Shown: one piece after another, positions 19,875 to 29,813 of the stretch
How positions within the stretch are numbered: position 1 is the first letter of the stretch
Layout of the letters: each line of letters starts with the position of its first letter
Source of the DNA: an uncultured Parcubacteria group bacterium
GTDB lineage: Bacteria > Patescibacteriota > Minisyncoccia > UBA6257 > 2-01-FULL-56-20
NCBI GenBank assembly: GCA_903911245.1
Contig: CAIWCR010000028.1
Coordinates: 1 to 57,758 of the forward strand
Direction: 5' to 3'
Length of the DNA: 57,758 nt
Notes under the pieces: model-generated
Seen by the model: the letters and a program-made list of their open reading frames with translations, nothing else
Database searches by the model: none
What the model was told of the DNA's origin: nothing
Position numbers and translations under genes: made by a program

Positions 19875-19894
19875 TGTGCTCGTCATAGAGATTC

Positions 19895-21166
19895 CTATAG
19901 TTTTATCGAATAAAGCTTTTGATCGTATCGATTTACGAAGAAGAGCGCGTTATTAAACACTTTTATTCGTGAGACATCCATGGTTTGGTTTTGGTCGTTG
20001 AATAGTGTAGTGACGCTTCCGTTTGATGTATTGATTCGGTAGATATTGTCAGACGTAAAAAAAGACATCTGTTCGTAGTCGTCAGGAAGTCGTGCGGAGG
20101 AAATCATATTTTGATCTCGTGGTACGCCGCAATAAAGCGCGAGATAGGACGATGAAGATGCGGTAGTGGCCGGCAATGAAGTCGTTGACGTTGCTGGACG
20201 TGCCAGGCTGGTGTTGGTTGCAACGGTAGATGGTGTCGCATTGTATTGGCTAAACAAGCATTTTCCAGGCATCGTGAGAAACCCGAACCGTTGCAGAATG
20301 CTTCCTGACTCGTCGATGAAGCGAAGTGAGCCGCCATATTGTGAAGAATCTCCCGTAAAGAGAAGTCCGATGGTGGTTGTGGCAGTACTCCATAATGCCT
20401 CCATCCCTCGTTGATCATTAATAACGGGATTCAGGCTTTTTTTCTGAAGATTAAATGACCATATTGATCCAAAGGAATAGACACTGGGATTATCATAAAG
20501 TAAGACGTCATTTTTTGTTCTCCATAGCAATGAAAGATCTTGAACGTGCAATGTTGTGACAATTACAACATTATTTTTTGTTTTTGAAGCATCAAGCGTT
20601 GTGAGTGCTTCGGTCCCGTTTGAATTGTTTTTTAAATACATTATTCGATAGTCGGAGGGAGACCACTGCGGAGAGATCATTCCCACGACAAGAGGTGTCC
20701 ATGTTTTTGTTTTCATATCAAATATGCTCGTCTGGGGGCTTTGTCGATCGCCAAAATTAATCAGTATCTTTGTGCCGTCATACGAGAACCCGGTGCTTAT
20801 TATGTTTTTGATTTTTGAGGAACTAATATTATCGGCATTATTGTTGGTTATGGTGGCGATGGTTCCGTCGGGGCTGACTACGATTGTGACATTATTACTT
20901 ACAAAATAATCGAGAACCGATATGTTTGGCGTTGAAATGGTAAGACTTTTTGCGGACGCCGATGACGCGCTACTGTTGAAAATAGAAGAGCTGGGGGATG
21001 ATCCATTCTGATTAAATGCCGTACCGATTCCTGCGGTCGTTGGAAGTGATCCTGTTTGTCCTGTCTCGCTCGACTGATTATTGCTTTGGGCAAAAAGGTA
21101 AAAAGCAGTTCCGATAATGCCGACGCTAACAAGTGCAATGACGAAATAGATAAAGACTTTTTTCAT
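19895..21166 (-). CDS. Membrane-anchored secreted protein, possibly beta-propeller (PD40-like); last gene of the T4SS-like operon
   Basis: N-terminal TM helix and an S/T-rich linker. ISPQWSPSDYRIMYL resembles TolB/PD40 repeats. Confidence 0.5.
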   Translation of the reverse strand: MKKVFIYFVIALVSVGIIGTAFYLFAQSNNQSSETGQTGSLPTTAGIGTAFNQNGSSPSSSIFNSSASSASAKSLTISTPNISVLDYFVSNNVTIVVSPDGTIATITNNNADNISSSKIKNIISTGFSYDGTKILINFGDRQSPQTSIFDMKTKTWTPLVVGMISPQWSPSDYRIMYLKNNSNGTEALTTLDASKTKNNVVIVTTLHVQDLSLLWRTKNDVLLYDNPSVYSFGSIWSFNLQKKSLNPVINDQRGMEALWSTATTTIGLLFTGDSSQYGGSLRFIDESGSILQRFGFLTMPGKCLFSQYNATPSTVATNTSLARPATSTTSLPATTASSSSYLALYCGVPRDQNMISSARLPDDYEQMSFFTSDNIYRINTSNGSVTTLFNDQNQTMDVSRIKVFNNALFFVNRYDQKLYSIKL

Positions 21167-21210
21167 GTTTATATTATAACGCTAATTGGTTTTTAAGGTT
21201 GTATGATGTC

Positions 21211-21738
21211 TTATTCGTCTTTCTCGTCGGGTTGAATTGGAAGCTGTATCGGTGCTTGTGGGGTTGCTCCGCCATTTGAGCCGCCACTCCCGTTTGCTCC
21301 TGGCGTTGTTTGTGTTGTTTGTCCTCCTACTGGCGCTGCTTGTGTTGCTGGTTGTGTCTGAGGAAGTGGCGATAATGACGGAATATTTAATCTAATAAGT
21401 TCAGGATTAATGGTTTTTAAAATCAATGCCGCGCTCGCTAAAAGAACAAGTCCTAAAAGCGCACCCACAATCCAATCTTTTCCATCCGATTGCGCGGAGG
21501 GATTTCCTGCTGCAATCGCATATTTTACGCCACCCCAAACAATTGCGCCGAAAGCGAGAATACCTCCTATGAGAAGAGCAAATGAATAAAAGTTAGCAAC
21601 AACCGCTCCGGGATTATTACTGGTGGTATAGGTGCCTGGTATATTTACACTGATATTTACCGCCTCTGCCGTAATGGCAAAAATCCAGCCGAGAGCAGCT
21701 ATGGAAAAGACGGTCCATCCTTTTTGAGCGCGGCTCAT
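21211..21738 (-). CDS. T4SS pilin-like protein (TrbC/VirB2-type)
   Basis: Signal/TM helix followed by two hydrophobic helices around GGILAFGAIVWGGVKYAIAAGNPSAQSDGKDWIVGALLGLVLL. The tail is Pro/Gln/Thr-rich. Confidence 0.55.
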   Translation of the reverse strand: MSRAQKGWTVFSIAALGWIFAITAEAVNISVNIPGTYTTSNNPGAVVANFYSFALLIGGILAFGAIVWGGVKYAIAAGNPSAQSDGKDWIVGALLGLVLLASAALILKTINPELIRLNIPSLSPLPQTQPATQAAPVGGQTTQTTPGANGSGGSNGGATPQAPIQLPIQPDEKDE

Positions 21739-22442
21739 TGTAATTGTTTTTGATAGGTAAGATTTTTGGAGGCACTTGCTGATTGTCCCGTGTTCTTATC
21801 TTGAGCATTAAGAGAGATTGCAATGGTCGAGCCCGAAGGCGCCTGATTTGGAAGATTAATCTGAAGAATATCGGGGTTTTCGGTATTAGATCCCGTCTGT
21901 CCATTTACTGACCATGTGAAAGAAAGGTTTTCGGTTGGTGTATTGAAAAAAAATGCGAGCGCGGTTGCGGTAGCATTTTGTCCCGAAAATTGATCCGACG
22001 GATAAGGAGTAGCGATAACGACACCAGGATTGATTACGGGAATATTTATTTGATGTACTAGATAGCCTCCTGAATAGTTCGGGAGCGCCACTTTTAATGT
22101 TTCCATTTCTGGCGCGCTTCCAAAGGGATAGAATGCTATTCGCTGTACGCCGACCCCACCGCCAATGAGCGTGTCATCGAGGTACCAATAAATCGATTGA
22201 TTTGAGATATTTATTATTTGTCCTCCCGCAACGAGTTCGAGCGATGCTACGATTTGAGATTGAGATCCAGGGAGAATCTTTCCTTTATAAGATGATGGGG
22301 CGTAGCTGTTTCCCGCGTTCCATGAAAGAAGGAATTGTGGCTGTGCCTGTTGTGCTCTCACTGACTTTCCTATAAGAAAAAAAGATGCGCACAAGAGCGA
22401 TGCGACGGAAATTATTATAATTTTGGTTCGGCGATTTTTCAT
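21735..22442 (-). CDS. Secreted hypothetical protein
   Basis: 235 aa with an N-terminal signal-like helix. Its start codon overlaps the preceding gene by 4 nt (translational coupling). Confidence 0.55.
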   Translation of the reverse strand: MKNRRTKIIIISVASLLCASFFLIGKSVRAQQAQPQFLLSWNAGNSYAPSSYKGKILPGSQSQIVASLELVAGGQIINISNQSIYWYLDDTLIGGGVGVQRIAFYPFGSAPEMETLKVALPNYSGGYLVHQINIPVINPGVVIATPYPSDQFSGQNATATALAFFFNTPTENLSFTWSVNGQTGSNTENPDILQINLPNQAPSGSTIAISLNAQDKNTGQSASASKNLTYQKQLQ

Positions 22443-22511
22443 TCTTTTATTATACCATAACCATTCAATACCATTGTGTGACTTCTTGTTTTGGGTCGAT
22501 TATCGTGCCTC

Positions 22512-23258
22512 TTATTCCCCTACTTCTTTTAGGTCGGGTAATTTTAACTGCTCTTTCTTGGTCCTTTCAGCTTTTTCTTCCGGTGATGGAATTTTATTAT
22601 TTGCCTCATTGTTTTCCTCCTCTATGTTTTCATCTTTTTGTATCTGGCCGGCCTGCTCTTCTTTTGGATTAAAGAGATCTTCCTTTGTTTTTTCTATGGG
22701 CTCCTTTTCCATGCCAAATACTTCGTCTGAGATGCCCACTCCGGATTCATCTTCCTTGTTGTTGGGGGATCCTTCTTCTCCTGCTCCGCTCATATTTCCC
22801 GCTCCCCTTGTCCTTCCTGCGCCGCCAGCTGATCCTGCGGTTTCCGTTTCCACGCTTGCTGAGTGCCTGGTAGCTCCAGTTGTTTCCGTTGCCTCTGTCT
22901 CGGCGCTGCCCACGGATCCCCTCCCTCCCTTCGCGGCTCCTGCCATTTCGGTTGCTTTTTCGAGTTCCGGATGGCGATCAATCCATACTGTGACAACCCA
23001 GGCAAAAAGCTCGGTTGGTAACGCCTGCAGTATGGGAACGAGTCCACATGCATAACCAATAGCATTTGTTACTACCACCGAAGTCCCTCGGAGACCTTTC
23101 ATATAGAGGTAGAATGCCATCAAGCTGCCAACAATAGGAGAAGTAATATCCCCTACGAGTGGTATAAGATTTACGATGCTCACAAGGAAAAGGGCAATTC
23201 CTATTAAAATTGCTTCAACCAACGAAATTTTTGGTTCGGGCTTTTGTTCTTCGGCCAT
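22512..23258 (-). CDS. Polytopic membrane protein with acidic low-complexity C-terminal tail
   Basis: 248 aa with 3-4 TM helices, then a G/A/T/E-rich and K/E-rich tail. Confidence 0.55.
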   Translation of the reverse strand: MAEEQKPEPKISLVEAILIGIALFLVSIVNLIPLVGDITSPIVGSLMAFYLYMKGLRGTSVVVTNAIGYACGLVPILQALPTELFAWVVTVWIDRHPELEKATEMAGAAKGGRGSVGSAETEATETTGATRHSASVETETAGSAGGAGRTRGAGNMSGAGEEGSPNNKEDESGVGISDEVFGMEKEPIEKTKEDLFNPKEEQAGQIQKDENIEEENNEANNKIPSPEEKAERTKKEQLKLPDLKEVGE

Positions 23259-23272
23259 ATTTTATTTCTCCG

Positions 23273-25009
23273 TTATTGGATTCCTTCCGCCCTTTCTTCG
23301 AGTAGCTGTTCTGGATTTGTGGTGATTATCTGATCTTCAAAGAACGAAGGAACGATTTGGATGGTTACATGTTTTTTTCCAGCAAAGAAAATTCCCGTAC
23401 CAACTTCAGCGCCAAGGAGAAAATTCTTTTCGGTATTGGTGAGATCAAATGCCTTCACAACGATATCGATGGTTGCAGGTGCCTGTTTCAAGAGAAGCTG
23501 GATGGAAGAATTAGTGATGATGGGACGTCCATACGGTGAGCGTAAAAAATCTTCGACATCCTGCGTGATTGTAGTAATGCCGAGATAGTATTTTCGCGAA
23601 CGCTTCACGAGTCCAAAGAGGAACGTCGCGCTGTCCTCGTTCTTCATCATGATCCACGCTTCATCGATGAAGAGAAGTCGTTTTGCAAGCTTTGCACGAA
23701 CGAGGCTCCAAATGAAATTGAGGACAACAAACATTCCCACCGGTCGCAGCTCTTCTTCGAGGTCTCGGATAGAAAAAACGATAAGACGGTTTGAGATATC
23801 AATATTTGTTGGTTGATTCAAAAATCCAGCAAAACTTCCTTTGGTATATTTATATAATTTTTCCGCCATACCACGCCCGCCTTCGAGGTTTCTCAGTACG
23901 GTTTCGAGGTCTCCCAAAAGCGGAGGTTCCTTTCCTGTGAAGTCCATGTCAACGATGATCTCGCGCGAGGCATATGTTTCGGTAATGGCGCGATCAAGAA
24001 GCGCATCTTCTTCTGGTGTTACTTTTCCGAGCATGAGCTTGAGAAGACTTGCGATGGTTACAATGTGTGATCGCAGAACATCGGAGGCTGACTCCCCTTC
24101 CGGAATAAGAGGAAGATCAAATGGATTGATATGTTCGTGCGAGGAAAGAGAGATATTGAAGATGCTTCCACCGAATGTTTCGGCAAGGCGTTGATATTCG
24201 TTTTCCGGATCGATGACGATAACCATTTCGATGCCCGCCATGAGTGAGCGGATAATTTCGAGTTTTGTCGCGTATGATTTTCCGGATCCTGCTTTTGCGA
24301 AGACAACTTGGTTTGCGTTTTCAAGCGAAAAGCGATCGAAGATGACGAGATTGTCATTATATAAGTTGATGCCGTACATAATCCCTTGGTTCGATGTAAG
24401 GTCTTCGGAAACAAATGGAAAGAATGATGAAATGGGGCCAGTGTTCATCGGAGAGTAAACACGAATATCGTCTTTATTGGTCGGGAGAATAGAAAAGAGG
24501 CCCTCAAGTTGTTCGAAAAGCGCCGGCTTTATATAGATGAGTTTTGCCTCCATCATGCTTACAAGTTTGCTTTCGAGTCTTGAGAGCTCGTCTTCGGTGT
24601 CTGCATAAAGAACGATATAGACGCCGGTATCAAAAAGTTTTTCTTGTGATTGCTGGAGGGAGTCGCGCAACGCATCCACGTCCTGCATGGCGGTTTCAAG
24701 CATCGGATCTCGTACGAGGCCTCTGTCCGCTTGATCGTTCCGTTGAGATTCGAGCTGTCCTGCTTTTTTGCGGAGATTTTTGAGAGCGGTGCCGGTATCG
24801 ATGGGATTTATAAAAATAGAAATATCAAACAGGTTGGGGAGATTGATGACTTCCTCAAACCATCCTGTTGAAAGGTAGCGTGGGTAGGAAAGTATAAAAA
24901 AGGCCTTTGCAAATTTATCACCGATTTTCAGATAGTTCGGAAAGACTTGAGCTCCGGCGGGAGCAATAATCTTTTTTACATTTTCAAAATTTTCCTGTTT
25001 TGGGTCCAT
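23273..25009 (-). CDS. VirB4/TraC-family T4SS ATPase, ATPase portion
   Basis: Walker A FAKAGSGKSYATK, Walker B LLFIDEAWIMM, 578 aa. The N-terminal domain is encoded by the preceding ORF. Confidence 0.85.
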   Translation of the reverse strand: MDPKQENFENVKKIIAPAGAQVFPNYLKIGDKFAKAFFILSYPRYLSTGWFEEVINLPNLFDISIFINPIDTGTALKNLRKKAGQLESQRNDQADRGLVRDPMLETAMQDVDALRDSLQQSQEKLFDTGVYIVLYADTEDELSRLESKLVSMMEAKLIYIKPALFEQLEGLFSILPTNKDDIRVYSPMNTGPISSFFPFVSEDLTSNQGIMYGINLYNDNLVIFDRFSLENANQVVFAKAGSGKSYATKLEIIRSLMAGIEMVIVIDPENEYQRLAETFGGSIFNISLSSHEHINPFDLPLIPEGESASDVLRSHIVTIASLLKLMLGKVTPEEDALLDRAITETYASREIIVDMDFTGKEPPLLGDLETVLRNLEGGRGMAEKLYKYTKGSFAGFLNQPTNIDISNRLIVFSIRDLEEELRPVGMFVVLNFIWSLVRAKLAKRLLFIDEAWIMMKNEDSATFLFGLVKRSRKYYLGITTITQDVEDFLRSPYGRPIITNSSIQLLLKQAPATIDIVVKAFDLTNTEKNFLLGAEVGTGIFFAGKKHVTIQIVPSFFEDQIITTNPEQLLEERAEGIQ

Positions 25010-25018
25010 GGTATCTTT

Positions 25019-25696
25019 TTATTGTTGCATATCGGCGTTTACAAATCCTTTTCGCTCGATGGTCTGCGGGTTATAGAAATTATAAAAAAGCTCTATCAAC
25101 TGTTCATTTTCAAGGGTTTCCGCCTCGAGGCCAATAGCGAGAAGACCGTTCATTACCTGGCTTGTCCTTTGGGAAAGCTGGATAAGATTGTTGTTGAATG
25201 CTTCTTCCTCGTTCTCGCCGCTTTCTTTTTCATCTTTCTTTTTCCCGAGAAACGGGAACATGCCGGAAAGTGTGTTTTTGCTTGGTAGAACGCTTAAGGG
25301 ATAAAACGGCACAACAACAAAGAACGCTTTTTCCATAATCGCGTTCTTCTTTACGAAGCCATCGATAAAATTGATGTATTCATCGATTTGATTTTGAAGG
25401 ATTGGCGACGACTCTGCTTCTTTTCTCGTGCGGAGCGTTGCGATATATTTTTCGATATTAACCTTGCGTGAGTGAATTATGATCTGAAGAGGATACGATA
25501 TTCCATTGAGAAAATTTTGATATCCCTGTGTGATAACGGATTGTTCAGCTTCTGATTTGAGGGCAAAATTAACGCCGCCCACCATAACTACTTGATGCAT
25601 GCTTCCGTCATTCATAATGACGGCATTTTTTTTGATCTCCTTGATGTCGATAAGATCGAGCGAATTTCCTGAATCTTGTTGTAGTGGTATTGGCAT
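25019..25696 (-). CDS. VirB4-like N-terminal domain protein
   Basis: 225 aa. It is in the same frame as 23273..25009 and separated from it only by TAA plus three codons. Together they total 803 aa, the usual VirB4/ConE/PrgJ size. Confidence 0.5.
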   Translation of the reverse strand: MPIPLQQDSGNSLDLIDIKEIKKNAVIMNDGSMHQVVMVGGVNFALKSEAEQSVITQGYQNFLNGISYPLQIIIHSRKVNIEKYIATLRTRKEAESSPILQNQIDEYINFIDGFVKKNAIMEKAFFVVVPFYPLSVLPSKNTLSGMFPFLGKKKDEKESGENEEEAFNNNLIQLSQRTSQVMNGLLAIGLEAETLENEQLIELFYNFYNPQTIERKGFVNADMQQ

Positions 25697-25752
25697 TGTT
25701 ATATCGTTTCGTTCATTTTCGCATAAATTAATGAACCTGTCATTTATTTATT

Positions 25753-26241
25753 TTATCGATAATCAACGCGTTTTGCAGCGTTGCGATCGCCGGCGGGCTT
25801 TCGGAAAATCTGATAACGATCAGTTATCTGTCGGTTCGATATCTTTGTTCCTGTTGTTGTCCCCGTTTGAAGGCCTTCCCAGCTTTTATGAAGCGCCATT
25901 CCTGCGGCGATGTCCTCAATGGCGGCACCGATGCCCGGATGGTCTTCTTTTTTTGTTTGTCGCTGTTCCGATTGCCAGAGGTAGATTTGTGGCTTCCAAT
26001 AGAAGTTGATTGCTGCAAGGGCGACGTTCAAAAGCGGTCGGCCATCAAGCTTGACGAACGCAAGCGAGATGGAAGCGCCCATAATAATGGAGGCTATAAT
26101 TGCCCAAAGCCAGGTTGCGATCATAAAATAAAGTATGCCGCATACGCCTCCGGCGATACCGACATAGATAAATTGACGAATGGTAAGAGGCCCTACGACC
26201 TTATCTTCCGATTCAATGAACTGAGGAACCTGGAATTGCAT
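25753..26241 (-). CDS. PrgI-family (VirB3-like) membrane protein
   Basis: MQFQVPQFIESEDKVVGPLTIRQFIYV followed by two TM helices, the characteristic PrgI N-terminus. Confidence 0.6.
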   Translation of the reverse strand: MQFQVPQFIESEDKVVGPLTIRQFIYVGIAGGVCGILYFMIATWLWAIIASIIMGASISLAFVKLDGRPLLNVALAAINFYWKPQIYLWQSEQRQTKKEDHPGIGAAIEDIAAGMALHKSWEGLQTGTTTGTKISNRQITDRYQIFRKPAGDRNAAKRVDYR

Positions 26242-26330
26242 AAGAATATTATACCCCGATTTCTCGCAAAACGCGAAAAGATTCCTGATTTTTACCGACG
26301 ATTATTCGTGTCTTAAAAACAAGAATAAAA

Positions 26331-27596
26331 TTATTTGTCTGATTTTGGCGGAATTGGAATACCCGAAGAAGGGGTGGAAGAAGCTGATCCTTTTGGAACT
26401 AAATCGGCCTCAGAATAATCTTTCTGAATGATCTTTGGCGTCGGTGAGGCTTTTGGTGGTTGGTTCACCGGGATTGGGGCGGTGAAGATGTCAGAAATTG
26501 GTGTTGGCCGGTTATTGATTTTATTTGACGGAAACGAAGACGAGAACGAAGGAAAATCAACCGGAATTGGTGCTGGAGCTGATATCGGCGCTGGTGGCGT
26601 AGAAGCGGAAGGAATAACTTTTGCCGGATCAGTTGTTTTTTCTATTGGAATTCTCGTTGGGGCCGATTGTTTTTCCATAGAAATTCCAGAGGACTGAACT
26701 GGAGCAGTGATTTCGGTAACGGTTCTATTTTTTCCAGGAACCGGAATTGCTTGCGCGTCAAACTTCTCAGTAGGGAGCTTTGATGATAATGATGGAGAGT
26801 CGGGAACATTCTTTTTTGGAAAATCAGATGAGATCTTTTCGGTTTTCTTTCCGAAGATTTGCGCAATTGGACCAAATTCTAATATCGCCGCTTTTTGTGG
26901 CAGCGGTTGAGGGGCCTTTGATAGTCCCTTTAGTTTATCGTCGGAAATATCAATGTGGAATTCTGACGTTTTTTTATTCGATTCAAATGATGCGTTTTCT
27001 TGAAGAATGACCGGTTTTGGCGCTTCTTTTTCGGCGGCTTTCACTGGAGTCGATGATGGCTGTTGAGGCGCTGTGGGAGTTTCTGAAGATAATGAAATTG
27101 GCTTTGCGGGTGCAGAAATTTCGGAAGTCGAAGGGAATGATACCGGCTGGGGTGTTGGCGTCTTTGTGATTGGCGCCGGAGTCGAAGGTATTGCAACGGG
27201 CTTTTGGATTTCCTCGATCATGGTTGGTTTTTCGTCGACAGACGACGTCTTTGTTTTATATGCCGACCCATTTTTTGCTTTATAGGCTTCGTTTATATCT
27301 TTTTGTAGAGGAATAAAAATTCTTGCACTTATTGTTTTTGTTATTAAATCCGCAATTCTTAGATCAATATTAATAGCGCTGCTTATTTCTTTTGGCATGT
27401 CGTCGGAGTGAATGAGGCCCATAAGAACATATCCAGCGATTTTTGCGATAGTATAAATTTTTTCATTAGCAATGTGTTCCCCTTCGCAGGTTTTCCAAAT
27501 AAAATCAGAATTTACTTCAGAACACAAAGCTTCCCGAATATTATCGGGCAAAGCATCCCATCTTTTAAGGGCTTGTTCTTGGGTTATTGTAGTCAT
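26331..27596 (-). CDS. Pro/Ser/Thr-rich protein with a structured ~110-aa N-terminal domain
   Basis: 421 aa with long PxP/S/T low-complexity stretches. It is tightly packed in the operon. Confidence 0.55.
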   Translation of the reverse strand: MTTITQEQALKRWDALPDNIREALCSEVNSDFIWKTCEGEHIANEKIYTIAKIAGYVLMGLIHSDDMPKEISSAINIDLRIADLITKTISARIFIPLQKDINEAYKAKNGSAYKTKTSSVDEKPTMIEEIQKPVAIPSTPAPITKTPTPQPVSFPSTSEISAPAKPISLSSETPTAPQQPSSTPVKAAEKEAPKPVILQENASFESNKKTSEFHIDISDDKLKGLSKAPQPLPQKAAILEFGPIAQIFGKKTEKISSDFPKKNVPDSPSLSSKLPTEKFDAQAIPVPGKNRTVTEITAPVQSSGISMEKQSAPTRIPIEKTTDPAKVIPSASTPPAPISAPAPIPVDFPSFSSSFPSNKINNRPTPISDIFTAPIPVNQPPKASPTPKIIQKDYSEADLVPKGSASSTPSSGIPIPPKSDK

Positions 27597-27598
27597 GA

Positions 27599-29806
27599 TT
27601 ATGGTGTTGCGGGTGGTGGAGGTGTCGCGGCAGTGGGTGCAGTTCCGGAGAAAAGGACGTTATTTGCAAGCGACCTTTGAAAAGTTTCATGTTTATCTCT
27701 TAGTTTTTGCAACTCTGCATCTCTTTGAACTATTGAGATGCTAGTATTGTTTAATATTCTCCTGGACTCCCCCATGAACTCGCCACTATAAATGCCCTCA
27801 AATTTGTGAAGCGTTGGAGATTTCATGTTTTGTAATAGACTCGAAGTAAGCTGGGGGGCGGTCTTAAGGAATCCTCGGGCAAGCGCTTTTGAAAGTTCGG
27901 TTTCTGCTGCGAAGATATTATTTACATTCATTTTTTGTACGTCGGCTTTTCCTAGTGTTCGAACAAATTTTTCGACAGCCTCATCCAGATCTTTTGTGTC
28001 GGTTGTTGTTCCTGCTATAAGGGCTCTTTCCGCATCGCGTATTTCTTTATTGCTTCCGAGAACCTTATTTGCATTGACTCCCAATAATCCCTGACCGAAG
28101 CGCTTCATGACGTCGGGATTCTCATCCAAAAAGACTTTCACGTTTTTACCATTAATATTCTCATCTCCTTTTAGCTCTCCTTTTTCTACCAGTTTTGAGA
28201 TAGCGGCAAGCTGATCTTCCTTGTTCATTGAACCGATAAGAAGCCTCTTGAGCTCTTCTGGATTATCGGAAAGTTTTTTCTTTGACTCATCAACCAATGC
28301 TTGATTGGTACTTGCCTTGCTAATAGCGCGTCCAGCAAGAGACTCTCCGCGCCTTACAATACCACCAAGAGCTCCTCCAAGGAGGGGGAGTCTTTGAATT
28401 TGTCTCCCAATTCTTCCTTCTTGCAATCCAGCAGTAATCTTTTCGCCCCCTGCTTTTTGATATGCAAGGCGTGAGCCCTTCTTTCCTTGTTTTAGGCTGT
28501 AGTTTCCAGCTGATGCTCCAATCGATTTCATCGCGCCAACGGTAGCCGATGATCCAGTTATGGAGAGCTCATTTGCTGCTATCATTCCTCCGATCATGAG
28601 GCCGACAAGCACTATTTCATTTAGAATATTACCGACAAGAGGAGCAAAGCCGCCTAAGCCATTGCTGTTCGCTTGTTCCGTAGCAGTGGTATTGTTACTA
28701 CCAAAAAGCCCTTTGTAGGTATCGGCACCAGCGGTGGCAGATGTTGAGTTACTCATTTGGGAACTTGTCATGATCGCAAGCCACATGAAAAAAAGAACAA
28801 CAGGGGCGAAGAATGTCCACCGAATAAAGCTCCCCCACCATCGCGAAAAATAGCTTTGTGTGTTTGGAAACACCCATAACATCCAGGCAAGCGGTAAGAG
28901 AACAGCAAGAATGGCGATGTATACATAGCGGACAAGAAGCATGAAAATAAATGTTGCGAGTGTCATAACGATGACAATCATTGCGCCGGCAAGAAGAATA
29001 AGTCCGAACGTGGGACCAATAATTTTGGAAATATCACCCCCCATGCCGGATGCAATTGTGTTTGACGTCTGGGCGGTATTCAAAAAGTCTCTCTGTGGTT
29101 GAAAGGCGCTCGCAAGGGCTGTTGCGAATGACTTTGCACCTTCAAGGGTGCTTACGGTGCCGCACCCGCCGCCCGTTTGAACGCATCCAAGGAAGTAGGT
29201 TGTAAGTTGATTCGAAAAGTTAAAAATAGGTTGCACGATGACAAGGCCGAAATTTACAAGAATTGCCATCACGACAAGTTTCCAAAGAAGTTGTTTTATT
29301 CCGTAGCTTTCTCTTCGGAGAATAGTTGCAATAGCAATCACGATAATGCCGAAGACAAAGCCGAGGTTTGCAAGTGAAAGCGCCGCTGAAAATCCTACCT
29401 GTATAATAGGTGCGTTAAATACTCCCGCGTTTATGTTGAGTATTTCGCCGACAAAGTATGCCTCTAAAGCAACAATAAGCCCACAGACCCATCCAACAAA
29501 CCAGGCGATATAGTAAAAGATCTGACCAATGAGAAAAAAGGCAACTTCGGCAATCATGTTTCCGCCCCCTTTATAAATGGGGGACCCACCACCGGGCGGA
29601 TCAGAGGGCACTGTACACTTGCCACTTACGCAGGTCATGGATGAAACGCAAGTGTTTTCGGGAGTTGCGGGTGTTCCGCCGCAGGCTCCCGTAGACGTAC
29701 CGGCGTCGGCGGCAGACACAAAATGGATCGGCGCAAGAAAGGCAGCGAGTCCGATGACTACGATCGAAAGGATTAAAAGATTTCTTTTGAGATTATTTTT
29801 CTTCAT
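27599..29806 (-). CDS. VirB6/TrbL-like polytopic membrane protein
   Basis: 735 aa with a signal peptide, a Cys-rich exposed segment, at least 7 TM helices and a long soluble C-terminal domain. Confidence 0.55.
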   Translation of the reverse strand: MKKNNLKRNLLILSIVVIGLAAFLAPIHFVSAADAGTSTGACGGTPATPENTCVSSMTCVSGKCTVPSDPPGGGSPIYKGGGNMIAEVAFFLIGQIFYYIAWFVGWVCGLIVALEAYFVGEILNINAGVFNAPIIQVGFSAALSLANLGFVFGIIVIAIATILRRESYGIKQLLWKLVVMAILVNFGLVIVQPIFNFSNQLTTYFLGCVQTGGGCGTVSTLEGAKSFATALASAFQPQRDFLNTAQTSNTIASGMGGDISKIIGPTFGLILLAGAMIVIVMTLATFIFMLLVRYVYIAILAVLLPLAWMLWVFPNTQSYFSRWWGSFIRWTFFAPVVLFFMWLAIMTSSQMSNSTSATAGADTYKGLFGSNNTTATEQANSNGLGGFAPLVGNILNEIVLVGLMIGGMIAANELSITGSSATVGAMKSIGASAGNYSLKQGKKGSRLAYQKAGGEKITAGLQEGRIGRQIQRLPLLGGALGGIVRRGESLAGRAISKASTNQALVDESKKKLSDNPEELKRLLIGSMNKEDQLAAISKLVEKGELKGDENINGKNVKVFLDENPDVMKRFGQGLLGVNANKVLGSNKEIRDAERALIAGTTTDTKDLDEAVEKFVRTLGKADVQKMNVNNIFAAETELSKALARGFLKTAPQLTSSLLQNMKSPTLHKFEGIYSGEFMGESRRILNNTSISIVQRDAELQKLRDKHETFQRSLANNVLFSGTAPTAATPPPPATP

Positions 29807-29813
29807 CCTTTTA

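Noticed and set aside
22423-23055. 210-aa plus-strand ORF, and 22790..23065
   Set aside because: They are mirror images of the low-complexity tail of the minus-strand membrane protein gene inside a tightly packed minus-strand operon.
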